Made by a program: the position numbers and the translations under genes
Shown: piece by piece, positions 38,524-48,614 of the stretch
How the letters are laid out: each line of letters begins with the position of its first letter
Numbering within the stretch: the stretch's first letter is position 1
The notes under the pieces: model-generated
What the model was told of the DNA's origin: nothing
Seen by the model: only the letters and a program-made list of their open reading frames with translations
The model's database searches: none
Origin: Desulfatiglandales bacterium
GTDB lineage: Bacteria; Desulfobacterota; DSM-4660; Desulfatiglandales; Desulfatiglandaceae
Direction of reading: 5' to 3'
Length of the DNA stretch: 64,000 nt
Assembly (NCBI GenBank): GCA_963662465.1
Contig: OY759599.1
Span: 3,232,001 to 3,296,000 of the forward strand

Positions 38524-39105
38524 ATGCATCAAACCAAAACAAACCAAAAATTAAAAGAAATTCATCGAGCAATTGCTCGTCTCTTTGCACAAAAAGGATA
38601 CCATGCCACGTCCATGCGCGCCATTGCACAGGCACTGAACATGCAGCCTTCTTCCCTTTACCATTATTTCACTGGAAAAGAAGAGATGCTTTTCACCCTG
38701 ATGAACAATGCTATGGATGAGGCCCTGGAAACCCTGAAAACCGTCTGCGAAACGGACTCCCCACCCGAACAAAAGCTGCGGGACATGCTTGACTTCTACA
38801 CCCGGTTTTTTGCCGGCGATCAAGATCGTGAAATCTTGCTCGTAAACGAAATTGACTCTCTCACCGAGGATTACCGAAACATCCTCATCGCCAAACAACG
38901 CAGCTACATTCATCTGCTGAGATCCATATTTGAACAATTAAAGGGTCATGACCTGATGAAGGACATCGATCCGACCGTCGCTACTTTTGCGTTCTTCGGC
39001 ATGGTCCATTATACCATCAAATGGTATCAAAATAACGGACCTGTCAGCATATCGGACTTATCCAATACATTTGTGGAAATATTTACCAGGGGCATTTTAA
39101 AGTGA
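38524..39105 (+). CDS. TetR/AcrR-family regulator (KstR2-like C-terminus)
   Basis: LFAQKGYHATSMRAIA...SLYHYFTGKEEML HTH; KWYQ..GP. Confidence 0.92.
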   Translation: MHQTKTNQKLKEIHRAIARLFAQKGYHATSMRAIAQALNMQPSSLYHYFTGKEEMLFTLMNNAMDEALETLKTVCETDSPPEQKLRDMLDFYTRFFAGDQDREILLVNEIDSLTEDYRNILIAKQRSYIHLLRSIFEQLKGHDLMKDIDPTVATFAFFGMVHYTIKWYQNNGPVSISDLSNTFVEIFTRGILK

Positions 39106-39280
39106 CCCCCAGTAGCGTTTAAACGCCAAACGCACGCAAACAAAAATATTTTCACTGAACCATTAGACTATAACGCAGTGTAAAGATATTGGAGTGATAG
39201 TGTAAAGCCTTTACAGTTTTACGGTTTTAATAAGTCTGTAAATGAGTGCGGTATCAGGTAGTTGTTCAACATCTTCATTG

Positions 39281-39297
39281 TTGGCATAGTAATTGCT
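39281..39297 (+). promoter_or_regulatory. Sigma-54 promoter of the transport operon
   Basis: TTGGCATAGTAATTGCT, GG-N10-GC. Confidence 0.75.
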
Positions 39298-39513
39298 TCA
39301 AAATGAATTCACGACAATGATCTTTGACTTCATCAATGGGATGTAAATCTTTTTCAAAATGCAACAGGATTCAAAAACGGGCGGGAACCTCATTTGTGCA
39401 GGTTGTTGCCATGGGTTTCTTTATTCATCGCACATGGATCGAAAACGGTTACAAAAGTTTGGAAGTTCTTCTTTTTGAAGGGTCGTGAGCCAACAGATGA
39501 GACGGAGTTGAGA

Positions 39514-40488
39514 ATGAAACACCTAAAGTACATGATCGTGGTATTGGTGCTGAGTGCATGGGTTAGTGGTTCCGCTGATGCGGCGGAGGGCAGGAAATTC
39601 CTATGGAACAAAGCCTATTTTTACAATTTTTACAGTGTCTCCCCCCTGCCGAGCGGCGACGTATGGGCAGTGGGCAGCAATAGCATGGTCTGCCGGCTAA
39701 ACCCGGAAACATACGAATGGGACATTCAGGAACCCGGACTTCATGGCAACCTGTACAGCGTATCCTTTGTTGACGCCCAAAATGGCTGGATCTGCGGGCA
39801 GGACGGCCAAATTGCCAACACACAAGATGGCGGGAAAACCTGGCAGCTTCAAAAAAGCGGCACCAAGGAACATCTCTTCAGCATTTGTTTCAAAGATACC
39901 GAAAAAGGATGGCTGGTGGGCGCCTACGGCACCATCCTGCATACTCAGGACGGTGGGAAAAACTGGCATGTGCAGGGCGAAAAAGCAGACAAGATTTACA
40001 ACCGCGTCTACTTTCTCGATAGCCAAAATGGCGGGATCGTAGGAGAGTTCGGCACCATCCTCCATACGGAAGACGGCGGTCTCAACTGGACCGAACAAAA
40101 AAGCCCCCTGGGAGAAAAAAACCTGTTCTGCGTATACTTTACCGATTCACAAAATGGGTGGATCGCGGGAATGGACGGCAGCATTCTGAACACCCGGGAC
40201 GGCGGCAACACCTGGGAAGAGATAAAATCGCACATGGTTGAAAATCTTATGAGCATTCAGGTCATGGGAAACAAGGGCTGGACCATCGGACTAAAGGGAA
40301 CATACGGGATGCTCGGAGAAGGCGAGTGGAAGGACGAAACCCACAGGGTTCCCACAAGAGCATGGTTGAAAGATTGTGCTTTTGTTAATGAAAAAACCGG
40401 CTGGCTGGCTGGCAGCGTGGGAACCCTGCTGCATACCCTAGACGGCGGTAAAACCTGGCTTCCCGCTTACAAGTCGGGGAAAAACTAA
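39514..40488 (+). CDS. YCF48-like BNR-repeat beta-propeller protein, secreted
   Basis: Repeated GW-x-VG-x-x-G-x-I-L-H-T-x-D-G-G-x-x-W; signal peptide from ATG 39514. Confidence 0.9.
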   Translation: MKHLKYMIVVLVLSAWVSGSADAAEGRKFLWNKAYFYNFYSVSPLPSGDVWAVGSNSMVCRLNPETYEWDIQEPGLHGNLYSVSFVDAQNGWICGQDGQIANTQDGGKTWQLQKSGTKEHLFSICFKDTEKGWLVGAYGTILHTQDGGKNWHVQGEKADKIYNRVYFLDSQNGGIVGEFGTILHTEDGGLNWTEQKSPLGEKNLFCVYFTDSQNGWIAGMDGSILNTRDGGNTWEEIKSHMVENLMSIQVMGNKGWTIGLKGTYGMLGEGEWKDETHRVPTRAWLKDCAFVNEKTGWLAGSVGTLLHTLDGGKTWLPAYKSGKN

Positions 40489-40543
40489 AAGCGCTGAATG
40501 ATAAGATACCGGGAACGTCCCAAGAAAAGAGAGGTGTTGGCAC

Positions 40544-42868
40544 ATGATAGAGAAGATCGCACAATTCATTGTAAACAGAAGATTATTGATCGCCATACTG
40601 GTATTGGCCACCACGGGCTTCCTTTTATACCATGCCCTGCATATCCCCATTAATACATTTTTCCCGGATCTCCTCCCGCAAAACCATTCCTTCGTACAAC
40701 TCATTAAAAAACATCCTAAATTCGGCGGAACCAACAGCGTCATTATTGGGATGGAAGTCAAGGACGGAGATATCTTTACACAAAAAACCCTCCAAAAAAT
40801 CATTGATTTCAGCAACGCGCTTTATTTTCTTCCCAGTGTTGACCGAACCAAGGTGGTATCCCTAGGCGTTAACAAAGTGAGAAATGCCAAAATCACCTCT
40901 TGGGGCATATCCAGTCCTTCCATCCTCTTTCCGGAAGCCCCCAAAACCAAGGAAGGGATTGATCAGCTCAAAGCGGATGTCTACAGCAACCCGGCCTATT
41001 ATGGAAACCTGGTGAGCCTGGATGCCAAGGTTGCCCTGCTCAAGCTGGGGTTTTTTGAAGACAAACTTCAACCCCGCCTCGTGTACAAGGAGTTACAGGA
41101 CCTGAAAAACCGCTTTGAGGACGACAACACCAAAATTCATATTGTGGGCGAACCCTACCTGTACGGGGTTATTTTTTCTTACCTGCCCCAAACCGCCTTC
41201 TTCTTCCTGGTCACCGTTGTGGCCATGCTGTTGATCGCCTTTATCTACACCAGAAGCTTCCGGCTGATCCTCATCCCCTTAAGTTCCGCCTGCATCTGCG
41301 CCATTTGGGGACTGGGCTTCATGCAGCTGATGCACTTCAACCTCGACCCTCTGATCCTGGTGATTCCGCTACTGATCAGCGCCACGGCCCTCAGCCATTC
41401 CATTCAATTTAACTGGCGAATCAATGAAGCCTATGCCGACAGCGGCAACCTTCGTGAGAGCGCCATAACCAGCATCAAAGGTCTTTTTTTCCCAGGCCTG
41501 ACAGGGATACTTACGGACGGAAGTGGTATTTTTCTCATCTCCCTGATTCCCATCCCCCTGATGAACAAACTGGGACTTTCCATGTTTCTATGGTGTTTGA
41601 CCATGATACCGGTCATCCTCATCTTCAATCCCGTGATCAACCTCTATCTGCCGGCCATGAAAAATGTCAAAAGATGGCGAGAACGCAGACGAAAAGGCTT
41701 TATGGAATCGGTCTTGCTGAAAAAGGTCGGGAACCTCAACTGCCGACCCGGCGCGCCCTGGATCATTGCCTGCGTCTTTTTTGTCCTGGCCCTGGTCGCC
41801 TTTTATCTGAACATGGGCCTTCAGGTGGGCGACATTCAGGAAGGCACACCCATCTTGCAGGACTCATCCGAGTACAACCAAGACGTGGAATTCATGGCGA
41901 AGCGTCTTCCCGGCAGCATGAACCCCATGCTGGTGGTGCTGGAAGGAAAAGAAGAGGGGGCCATCAAAGAACCTGAGCTGCTGAACCTGGTGGATCAATT
42001 CCAGGCTCACATGGCCAAGATTCCCGAAGTAACCTACACCCTTTCCATCGTCGATCTGGTCAAGGGGATCAACATGGCCTTCTGGGAAAACAACCCCAAT
42101 TATTTTATTCTGCCCGACAGCGCCAGAGGGATTTACGCCAACCTTCACCTGCTGACCAGCGGCGGCGCCGAACCCGGCGATTACGACACTTATTATGATT
42201 TTGATTTCAAGGATTTGAACATCACCGTATCCTGCCAGAACCACCTGCCCTCCACCATCGAAAAACTCCTGACGTCAGCCAATGAGTTCATCGCCACCCA
42301 CAAAACCGACAAAGCGGAATTCAAGCTGGCGGGAGGCCGCGTGGGCGTGATCGCGGCATTCAATGAATCCATCGTCGTGCATGAAACCACCACTCTTGTG
42401 GCGGCACTGGTACTCACGGGCATCATCGCATCCATCGTCTTTCGGTCATTTTTAGCGGGGATTTTGCTGGTGATTCCCCTTTCCCTGGCATCCTGGTTCA
42501 CCTTTGCCTACATGGCCGTCCAGGGCATCTCCGTCAACCTTCAAACCTTGCCCATATCCATCATTGCCATCGGCATCGGCGTGGATTACGGGGTTTATTT
42601 ATTGAGCCGAATCCGTGAAGAATACGCCAAAAAGCGCAATTTGGACAGCGCCGTAAAGGAGGCCATCGGCACGGCCGGAAACGCCATTGTGCTGACGGCG
42701 ATTATTATCATCGCCGGCGTGGTGTTCTGGAACTTTTCGGACATTAAATTTCAGGCGGACATGGGCCTGCTGTTATCCATCGTAACCCTGTTCCACCTGC
42801 TGGGAAGCCTGCTGCTTCTACCGGCAATGGTTCAAATCATTAAACCGCGGTTTCTGATGAAAAAATAA
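40544..42868 (+). CDS. RND/MMPL-family transporter
   Basis: Two 6-TM repeats, GIGVDYGVYL. Confidence 0.9.
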   Translation: MIEKIAQFIVNRRLLIAILVLATTGFLLYHALHIPINTFFPDLLPQNHSFVQLIKKHPKFGGTNSVIIGMEVKDGDIFTQKTLQKIIDFSNALYFLPSVDRTKVVSLGVNKVRNAKITSWGISSPSILFPEAPKTKEGIDQLKADVYSNPAYYGNLVSLDAKVALLKLGFFEDKLQPRLVYKELQDLKNRFEDDNTKIHIVGEPYLYGVIFSYLPQTAFFFLVTVVAMLLIAFIYTRSFRLILIPLSSACICAIWGLGFMQLMHFNLDPLILVIPLLISATALSHSIQFNWRINEAYADSGNLRESAITSIKGLFFPGLTGILTDGSGIFLISLIPIPLMNKLGLSMFLWCLTMIPVILIFNPVINLYLPAMKNVKRWRERRRKGFMESVLLKKVGNLNCRPGAPWIIACVFFVLALVAFYLNMGLQVGDIQEGTPILQDSSEYNQDVEFMAKRLPGSMNPMLVVLEGKEEGAIKEPELLNLVDQFQAHMAKIPEVTYTLSIVDLVKGINMAFWENNPNYFILPDSARGIYANLHLLTSGGAEPGDYDTYYDFDFKDLNITVSCQNHLPSTIEKLLTSANEFIATHKTDKAEFKLAGGRVGVIAAFNESIVVHETTTLVAALVLTGIIASIVFRSFLAGILLVIPLSLASWFTFAYMAVQGISVNLQTLPISIIAIGIGVDYGVYLLSRIREEYAKKRNLDSAVKEAIGTAGNAIVLTAIIIIAGVVFWNFSDIKFQADMGLLLSIVTLFHLLGSLLLLPAMVQIIKPRFLMKK

Positions 42869-42976
42869 GTACTTAAAAGCGAATGACCAAAAACCAACGG
42901 AAAGGAGGTGTATATTTAGTTTTTAAATGGGAAGCGCACGTTCAAATTGACCCAAAAGGAGAGGAGAGAGAAAATA

Positions 42977-44488
42977 ATGAAAAAGAGATGTTCCGTATTG
43001 TTTGTATTAATGGGGCTGATGGTCATGCTTTCTTTCGTGGCCATTCCCAACCTCGGCGCCATCACCCTTGATTCCAAAGGCGACTATGAGCTTGGCGGCT
43101 ATCTGAGAAACACCACCGGCGTAAGGATGGAAGATAGCATTAATCCGACCACTTCCGGCCCCCTTGCCTCCGGCAACAAGGCCTGGAGTTTTTCCATGGT
43201 TCGGACCGAACTGTTTCTCGATTTTTCAGCAAAATTCACGGATGAACTTCGGTTCAATGGAACCGCCAGAGGATGGTACGAGGCGGTTTACGGACTGGAT
43301 ACCGGCGTCAACCAGTATCCCCGGGATCTGGACTCAGTACCCGGCCCCCACGCCAACCCCATGGAAATGGGTTTTGATTTCAGGGAATACTATGTCACCT
43401 ATTCACCGGGAAATTTCGTGGTCAAGGCCGGCAGCCAGCAAATCGCCTGGGGTGAAGCCGACGCCCTGCGACTGGCCGACGTAATCAACCCCCTGGATTT
43501 GAGCTGGTACTGGTCCTTTCCGGCCTGGGAAGAAATCCGCATTCCCCTGACCATGCTGGACGTGGTCTACAACGTACCCGAGTCCAGGCATGACCTGCGC
43601 TTTGAGGCCGTGTGGGTACCGGCTGACTTTCGGCCCCACCAGTTTGCGGCGCCCGGCGGCAACTGGTCCCTTTACAGCGGCGGGTTTGGTCTGCCCGACT
43701 TTGTGGGCACCGCAGTCTTTAACCAAATGAATGAGGATCTTCCCACCAACGACCTGCGAAACGGACAGGGCGGCGTTCGGGTCCGCGGGAAATTCGGTGA
43801 ATGGGATACCTCCCTTTTTGGCTACTACCAGCGGGATCAGATCGGTGTCGCCACCCTGGATCCTCAGGCGGCCCTGAATCCCCAACTTTATCCTTTCAAA
43901 TGGGACTTTCCCCACATCATGAATATCGGCGGAACCTTCAATATGTATTCCTCCATGCTGGAAACGGTGTTCAGAGGGGAAGCGGCCTATGTGATTGATC
44001 AACCCTTTGGAACGAATCTGGGATCCAATAATGGAAACGGCTTTGCGCCCGTCTCCCAATACGGAGAAAGTGATACCTTCGCCTTCATGGTGGGCTTTGA
44101 CAAGAATGTCATGATCCCCGCGCTCAACCGGACCAAGTCCTTTTATTTCAGCGGCCAGTGGTTCAATAAATGGGCCTTGAACCTGGACTCGGACAAGTAT
44201 CTAACCTTTATGGGAGAAAACGACGCCAAGACCTATCAGACGGTTGGAAGCCTGATGATCAACACCGAATATTTTGAAGGTAAAATCATCCCACAAGTAC
44301 TCGGCGTTCATTTTTTCACGTCCGGCAGCGGTTTTTTTGACGGCAGCATTACGTTTAAGCCCACCTACACCTTCAGCATTGCTGCGGGAATCCTCAAAAT
44401 CTGGGGAAACGACAACCAGGCGGGACTCTATTTCGGTCCCATCAAACGCGACGATCAGTTGTACCTGACAGCAAAATGGAGTTTCTAA
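42977..44488 (+). CDS. DUF1302-like outer-membrane beta-barrel
   Basis: Signal peptide, QQIAWGEAD, DVINPLD, C-terminal Phe (AKWSF); typical gene neighbourhood. Confidence 0.8.
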   Translation: MKKRCSVLFVLMGLMVMLSFVAIPNLGAITLDSKGDYELGGYLRNTTGVRMEDSINPTTSGPLASGNKAWSFSMVRTELFLDFSAKFTDELRFNGTARGWYEAVYGLDTGVNQYPRDLDSVPGPHANPMEMGFDFREYYVTYSPGNFVVKAGSQQIAWGEADALRLADVINPLDLSWYWSFPAWEEIRIPLTMLDVVYNVPESRHDLRFEAVWVPADFRPHQFAAPGGNWSLYSGGFGLPDFVGTAVFNQMNEDLPTNDLRNGQGGVRVRGKFGEWDTSLFGYYQRDQIGVATLDPQAALNPQLYPFKWDFPHIMNIGGTFNMYSSMLETVFRGEAAYVIDQPFGTNLGSNNGNGFAPVSQYGESDTFAFMVGFDKNVMIPALNRTKSFYFSGQWFNKWALNLDSDKYLTFMGENDAKTYQTVGSLMINTEYFEGKIIPQVLGVHFFTSGSGFFDGSITFKPTYTFSIAAGILKIWGNDNQAGLYFGPIKRDDQLYLTAKWSF

Positions 44489-44560
44489 AAATGTTTCAAA
44501 TGCTCATTTTGAGCATGGCGCTGGTCTTTTACAGTGCAACTTTTTTTGGAGGTAAAAAAG

Positions 44561-45847
44561 ATGAAAAAATGGTTTAAATTTTCGATCTGTTTAATGGCGA
44601 CACTGGGATTTGTATCCCTGGGCAACGCGGAGATGCGGGAACCCATGGACGGGGCCGGATGGCACTATCCCTGGAAAGACACTTACTCGGTATGGAAACC
44701 GGGAAACATGAAGTACGACGAAAAACTGTTCGACCAGGATGTGACGGCGGCCTATGGCTGGGAAGCCGAGGACGTGGACAAAATCAAGAAACTGCTCCCC
44801 CCTGCCCTGTACACCATCATGAAACACCCGGAGGACTGGGGCCCCAGACGGATCAACGTCACTGCCTATATGGAAAATACCGGCTTTCTGTGGAAACGGT
44901 TCCTCAAGGCCACTGAAGAATACAAGGGAACCGCCAAGATTGATAAGGTGGGATGGATTCGCAATTATAAAGCGGGCGTCCCTTTTCCCGACCCCAAAAC
45001 GGGTCTTGAAGCCCTCTGGAACTTCAAGAAACACTTCAGCGAAGACGATCGAATTCTCTCGACGGTCACCATCATCACCAACCGCGGCGGCCAGGTCCGA
45101 TACCAGACTTCCGACGGAAACCTCATGTATTTTGACGGCAGGCTGCAAGTCGACCCCAAACCTTTGTATGAACCCAACCCGAATAACGAAGTGCGGATCG
45201 ACGTGTACGCCAACGCCCATCCCTATGAAATGCGGGGAACCCTGTCGGTCATCACCCAGTACAACAACCCGGACAAGGATGATTCCTTCTGGCTGTACCT
45301 GCCGGCCCTCCGACGCGTACGCCGCCTCTCCGCGGCCCAGAGAACCGACCGACTCCCGGGCGGTCAGGATCTCATGTGGGAAAACTTTGACATCTTCAAC
45401 GGCAACCCCATCAACTACACGGCCAAGCTGCTGGGCCAAAAAGAGATGCTCGCCGTACACAACGGGGATCCCAAAGGAACATGGATTGACGGGAAACACC
45501 TGGCCGGCCCCAACGACTACTACCAGAAGGTGAAAGTTCATATCATCGAAATGACGCCAAAGGATCCGGATTTCCCATTTTCCAAGATGATGCTCTATGT
45601 GGATTCCCAAACCTGGATGCCCTATTACGGGGAATGGTACGACAAAGAAAACAAACTCTATATCTTCTCCATGTTTCAATATGCACCGGGCAAAAACGGT
45701 ATCTTCTGCCCCGTGGTCATGAACCATGTGGACATACAAACCATCCACAGTACCGGATACTGCCCGACCGATCCCAAATACAACACGGGACTGACGCCGG
45801 ACTATTTCAAGGTGGACAACCTGAAAAAGGAATATCCTTCCAGGTAA
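44561..45847 (+). CDS. DUF1329 family (LolA-like) periplasmic protein
   Basis: GVPFPDPKTGLEALWN, WLYLPALRRVRR. Confidence 0.88.
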   Translation: MKKWFKFSICLMATLGFVSLGNAEMREPMDGAGWHYPWKDTYSVWKPGNMKYDEKLFDQDVTAAYGWEAEDVDKIKKLLPPALYTIMKHPEDWGPRRINVTAYMENTGFLWKRFLKATEEYKGTAKIDKVGWIRNYKAGVPFPDPKTGLEALWNFKKHFSEDDRILSTVTIITNRGGQVRYQTSDGNLMYFDGRLQVDPKPLYEPNPNNEVRIDVYANAHPYEMRGTLSVITQYNNPDKDDSFWLYLPALRRVRRLSAAQRTDRLPGGQDLMWENFDIFNGNPINYTAKLLGQKEMLAVHNGDPKGTWIDGKHLAGPNDYYQKVKVHIIEMTPKDPDFPFSKMMLYVDSQTWMPYYGEWYDKENKLYIFSMFQYAPGKNGIFCPVVMNHVDIQTIHSTGYCPTDPKYNTGLTPDYFKVDNLKKEYPSR

Positions 45848-45948
45848 ACGCTCACACTTTAATTCAAGTGCGGGCATTTGGCGCCCTTTCCAGGCGCCCA
45901 AATGCTCGCCCCTGGTTTTTAACCTAGTTTTTTTGGCGCAAACGGAGG

Positions 45949-46854
45949 ATGGTGATGTACAAAAATATCCTGGTTCCCCTGGATCAATCTCCATTGGCGG
46001 AAGAAGGAATCGAATCCGCGATAACCCTTGCAAAGGCATTTGATTCAACGATTCATTTGCTGTACGTCTTTGAGATCATTCCGCTGTTGAAGCGGGACAA
46101 GGAAGCGGAATACCGAACATTAAAAAGTGAAGGGGAGACGTATCTTTCCGAACTGAAAGAACGGATTTCCGAATTCGGCGTTTCCGTCAAGACCGTCGTG
46201 ATTCCGGGAGACCCGGGGCTCGTCATCTGCGACTATGCGGAAAAAGAAGATATGGACATCATCCTCCTTTCCGCCCGGGGCCGCGGCGAAATTGAACGGT
46301 GGGCACTCGGCTCCGTATCGGATAAAGTGGTGAGGCATTCACCGAAACCCGTATTGCTGGTAAAATCAGCGTCCAGGGATCTTCTTCGCGGTCGAACCAT
46401 CCTGGCCGTGGATGACGAAGCGGACGTTCTGGAAGTCATCGAAGAAGTCCTTGACATGTGCATTATCGATAAGGCCCCCGACCATGAAACGGCGGTGAAA
46501 TGCCTTAAAAACAACCGCTACGACCTTGCAATCCTGGATATCATGGGGGTGGACGGATTTGACCTTTTGAAACGGACGGCAGCAAAAGGAATCCCCACCG
46601 TCATGCTGACGGCCCATTCAGTAACGGAAGAATCACTGAGCAAATCCGCGAAGCTTGGCGCCGTTTCTTTTCTTCCCAAAGAAAAAATGGGAGAACTGGA
46701 AAGCTTTTTAATTGACGTCATCCGAAGCAGCGGAAAACCCGTATGGAAGAAGCTCTTTGATAGGATGTCCCCGTACTTCCGCATGAACTTCGGCTGGAGC
46801 GCCAAGGAAGAGGCGAAACTTCGCGAGGAATTTGAAGCAATCGGAAGAGAATAA
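45949..46854 (+). CDS. Universal stress protein fused to a receiver domain
   Basis: ILVPLDQS...LGSVSDKVVRHSPKPVLLV, then ILAVDDE...LDIMG...MLTA. Confidence 0.88.
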   Translation: MVMYKNILVPLDQSPLAEEGIESAITLAKAFDSTIHLLYVFEIIPLLKRDKEAEYRTLKSEGETYLSELKERISEFGVSVKTVVIPGDPGLVICDYAEKEDMDIILLSARGRGEIERWALGSVSDKVVRHSPKPVLLVKSASRDLLRGRTILAVDDEADVLEVIEEVLDMCIIDKAPDHETAVKCLKNNRYDLAILDIMGVDGFDLLKRTAAKGIPTVMLTAHSVTEESLSKSAKLGAVSFLPKEKMGELESFLIDVIRSSGKPVWKKLFDRMSPYFRMNFGWSAKEEAKLREEFEAIGRE

Positions 46855-46886
46855 GATACTCAAAAGAAATTGAAAGGAGATTTTCC

Positions 46887-47300
46887 ATGAATAAAAGATA
46901 CAGCAAGAAACTGTCCGTCTTTCTGGCAGCCCTGTTGGTCTTGGGAAGCATCATTTGCGCGACCCAGGCATTTGCCGAAGCCAAGGTTTCCATGGTCGGC
47001 GCCATCCTGGCCCCCGGAGAGAAGGGTGGCGTAAACGCCTATGTATTGTGGACCCAGGCCAAAAAATGGCATTTCAACATCACCAAAATTGACGCCATCA
47101 ATGCGCTTGGCACTTCCCCAGATGGCTGGTCCATCCTCCATGAGGTCAGTCCCAACCAGATCAACATCGTGGGCAATAAGAAACTCCTTAAGGATTTTGC
47201 CGATGCCGCAACCCCCGGCAAGCAATTCCAGATCGATGGCGTCCTGTATGTGGCCGATGGCGTAATGATGATCGGATCCTTTAACGAAATTAAAAAATAG
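46887..47300 (+). CDS. Secreted hypothetical protein
   Basis: AGGAG RBS, signal peptide with AFA-E cleavage site. Confidence 0.7.
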   Translation: MNKRYSKKLSVFLAALLVLGSIICATQAFAEAKVSMVGAILAPGEKGGVNAYVLWTQAKKWHFNITKIDAINALGTSPDGWSILHEVSPNQINIVGNKKLLKDFADAATPGKQFQIDGVLYVADGVMMIGSFNEIKK

Positions 47301-47383
47301 CACGGGAAAGTGATTGCCCCCCTGCTTAAAATGGGGCGGAAAACGGCCTGAAAGCCGTTTTCCGCTCTGGAAGAACGAACGTC

Positions 47384-48286
47384 ATGAAAACAAATTGTAA
47401 TCTGCATATATACCGTAGCAGTTGTTTTTTCACCCTCCTTTTTTGCCTGATGGCAATGCCGGCCTTCGGCCGGGACAAAACAACCACTGCCGATGAATAC
47501 AAAAAAAAATACGCTGTGATCCAGGAGAAGGCCGTAACCCTCCCTTCGGGGGCGATTTTCAAAATCACCTCCATTGATCAACGTGCACTGAATCAACTAT
47601 TGGGCCGATTGAATCTCTCCATGGATGAGTATAACAGGCTGGTCCATAAGAAATTTGAAAAGATGTCTCCCAAGGAAATCGGTCGGCACATGGACTTCTG
47701 GGAAGCCATGATCGCTCAGTCCGTTGTGGCGCCCGAGATGTGTATTGAGCCGGAAGACGGAAAGCTTGAAGTCCGCCTTCTGACCCCGGAAGACATGGAC
47801 AAACTGCAGGAGGAGATCGGCAAACTCAACACCCGGATACCGGAACTGCCCCTGAAACCCCTGAGTGCAGCGCCAACAAGTCCGGATGCCCCTCAATACA
47901 CCGTCAGCCGATTGCTCATGGACCCTGACAAATACGAGGGAAAGTCGGTGGACGTTTACGGCGAAGTAGACGGTGAATTGAGCGATATCGGCATTTCGCC
48001 CCGGCAGGGCAACAGCGTCAGCCTTCAACGATTTTATCTGACCGACGGCAAAAAAAAGCTTCTGGTAATCAGGTTCTACGTGAAAGACGACCGACTGCAC
48101 ATGAAATCCTTTCTAAGAGATATTTTTCATGGAAAAGACGATTCGGTAAAAGTTCACGTCAAAGACGCTAAATTCACCTCCCAATGGATTAATGAACCGG
48201 TTGTTTTGACCCACGGGAAAAAGATCGACAAAATCAAATCCGCCTGGATGGAAACCGCTCGCCGAAACATTGAAGTCTCAAAATAG
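47384..48286 (+). CDS. Secreted hypothetical protein, possible C-terminal OB-fold
   Basis: Signal peptide; DPDKYEGKSVDVYGEV. Confidence 0.65.
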   Translation: MKTNCNLHIYRSSCFFTLLFCLMAMPAFGRDKTTTADEYKKKYAVIQEKAVTLPSGAIFKITSIDQRALNQLLGRLNLSMDEYNRLVHKKFEKMSPKEIGRHMDFWEAMIAQSVVAPEMCIEPEDGKLEVRLLTPEDMDKLQEEIGKLNTRIPELPLKPLSAAPTSPDAPQYTVSRLLMDPDKYEGKSVDVYGEVDGELSDIGISPRQGNSVSLQRFYLTDGKKKLLVIRFYVKDDRLHMKSFLRDIFHGKDDSVKVHVKDAKFTSQWINEPVVLTHGKKIDKIKSAWMETARRNIEVSK

Positions 48287-48429
48287 TTTCTCTTTCTCTA
48301 TTCTTCTGAAAGAAGCTTTCCCTATCAAATTGAAAGACATTTACAGGCCCTTCTTTTCAGCAGGTCGCGATGATACCCAAAAAACAATTAAAATAAGCAC
48401 TTAGCACCCAGCAAAGACGATACTGCGAT

Positions 48430-48446
48430 TTGGCATGCTTTATGCT
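48430..48446 (+). promoter_or_regulatory. Sigma-54-like promoter upstream of the hydantoinase-like operon
   Basis: TTGGCATGCTTTATGCT, GG-N10-GC. Confidence 0.6.
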
Positions 48447-48478
48447 TTTCGAAAGTAGGCAAAGCCGAAAAAAAACGG

Positions 48479-48525
48479 TTGACAGATTATTGGGTCCAAT
48501 GTAATTATCTAACAATCGTTCGTTT
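48479..48525 (+). promoter_or_regulatory. Sigma-70 promoter with putative TetR operator
   Basis: TTGACA-17-TAATTA then CTAACAATCGTTCGTTT (14/17 identical to the tetR site). Confidence 0.65.
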
Positions 48526-48614
48526 GTTTACGTGCCCATCCAAAAAGCATGTGAAACGGCAGTGGCTTATGCCGCATAAATAATTGTCTAACCCTTGCAG
48601 GAGGTGTAACCCCT

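Noticed and set aside
44591..46048. 485-aa minus-strand ORF and other long antisense ORFs (e.g. 6704..7537, 11935..12840, 51201..52133)
   Set aside because: Shadows of well-supported genes on the opposite strand, with no motifs
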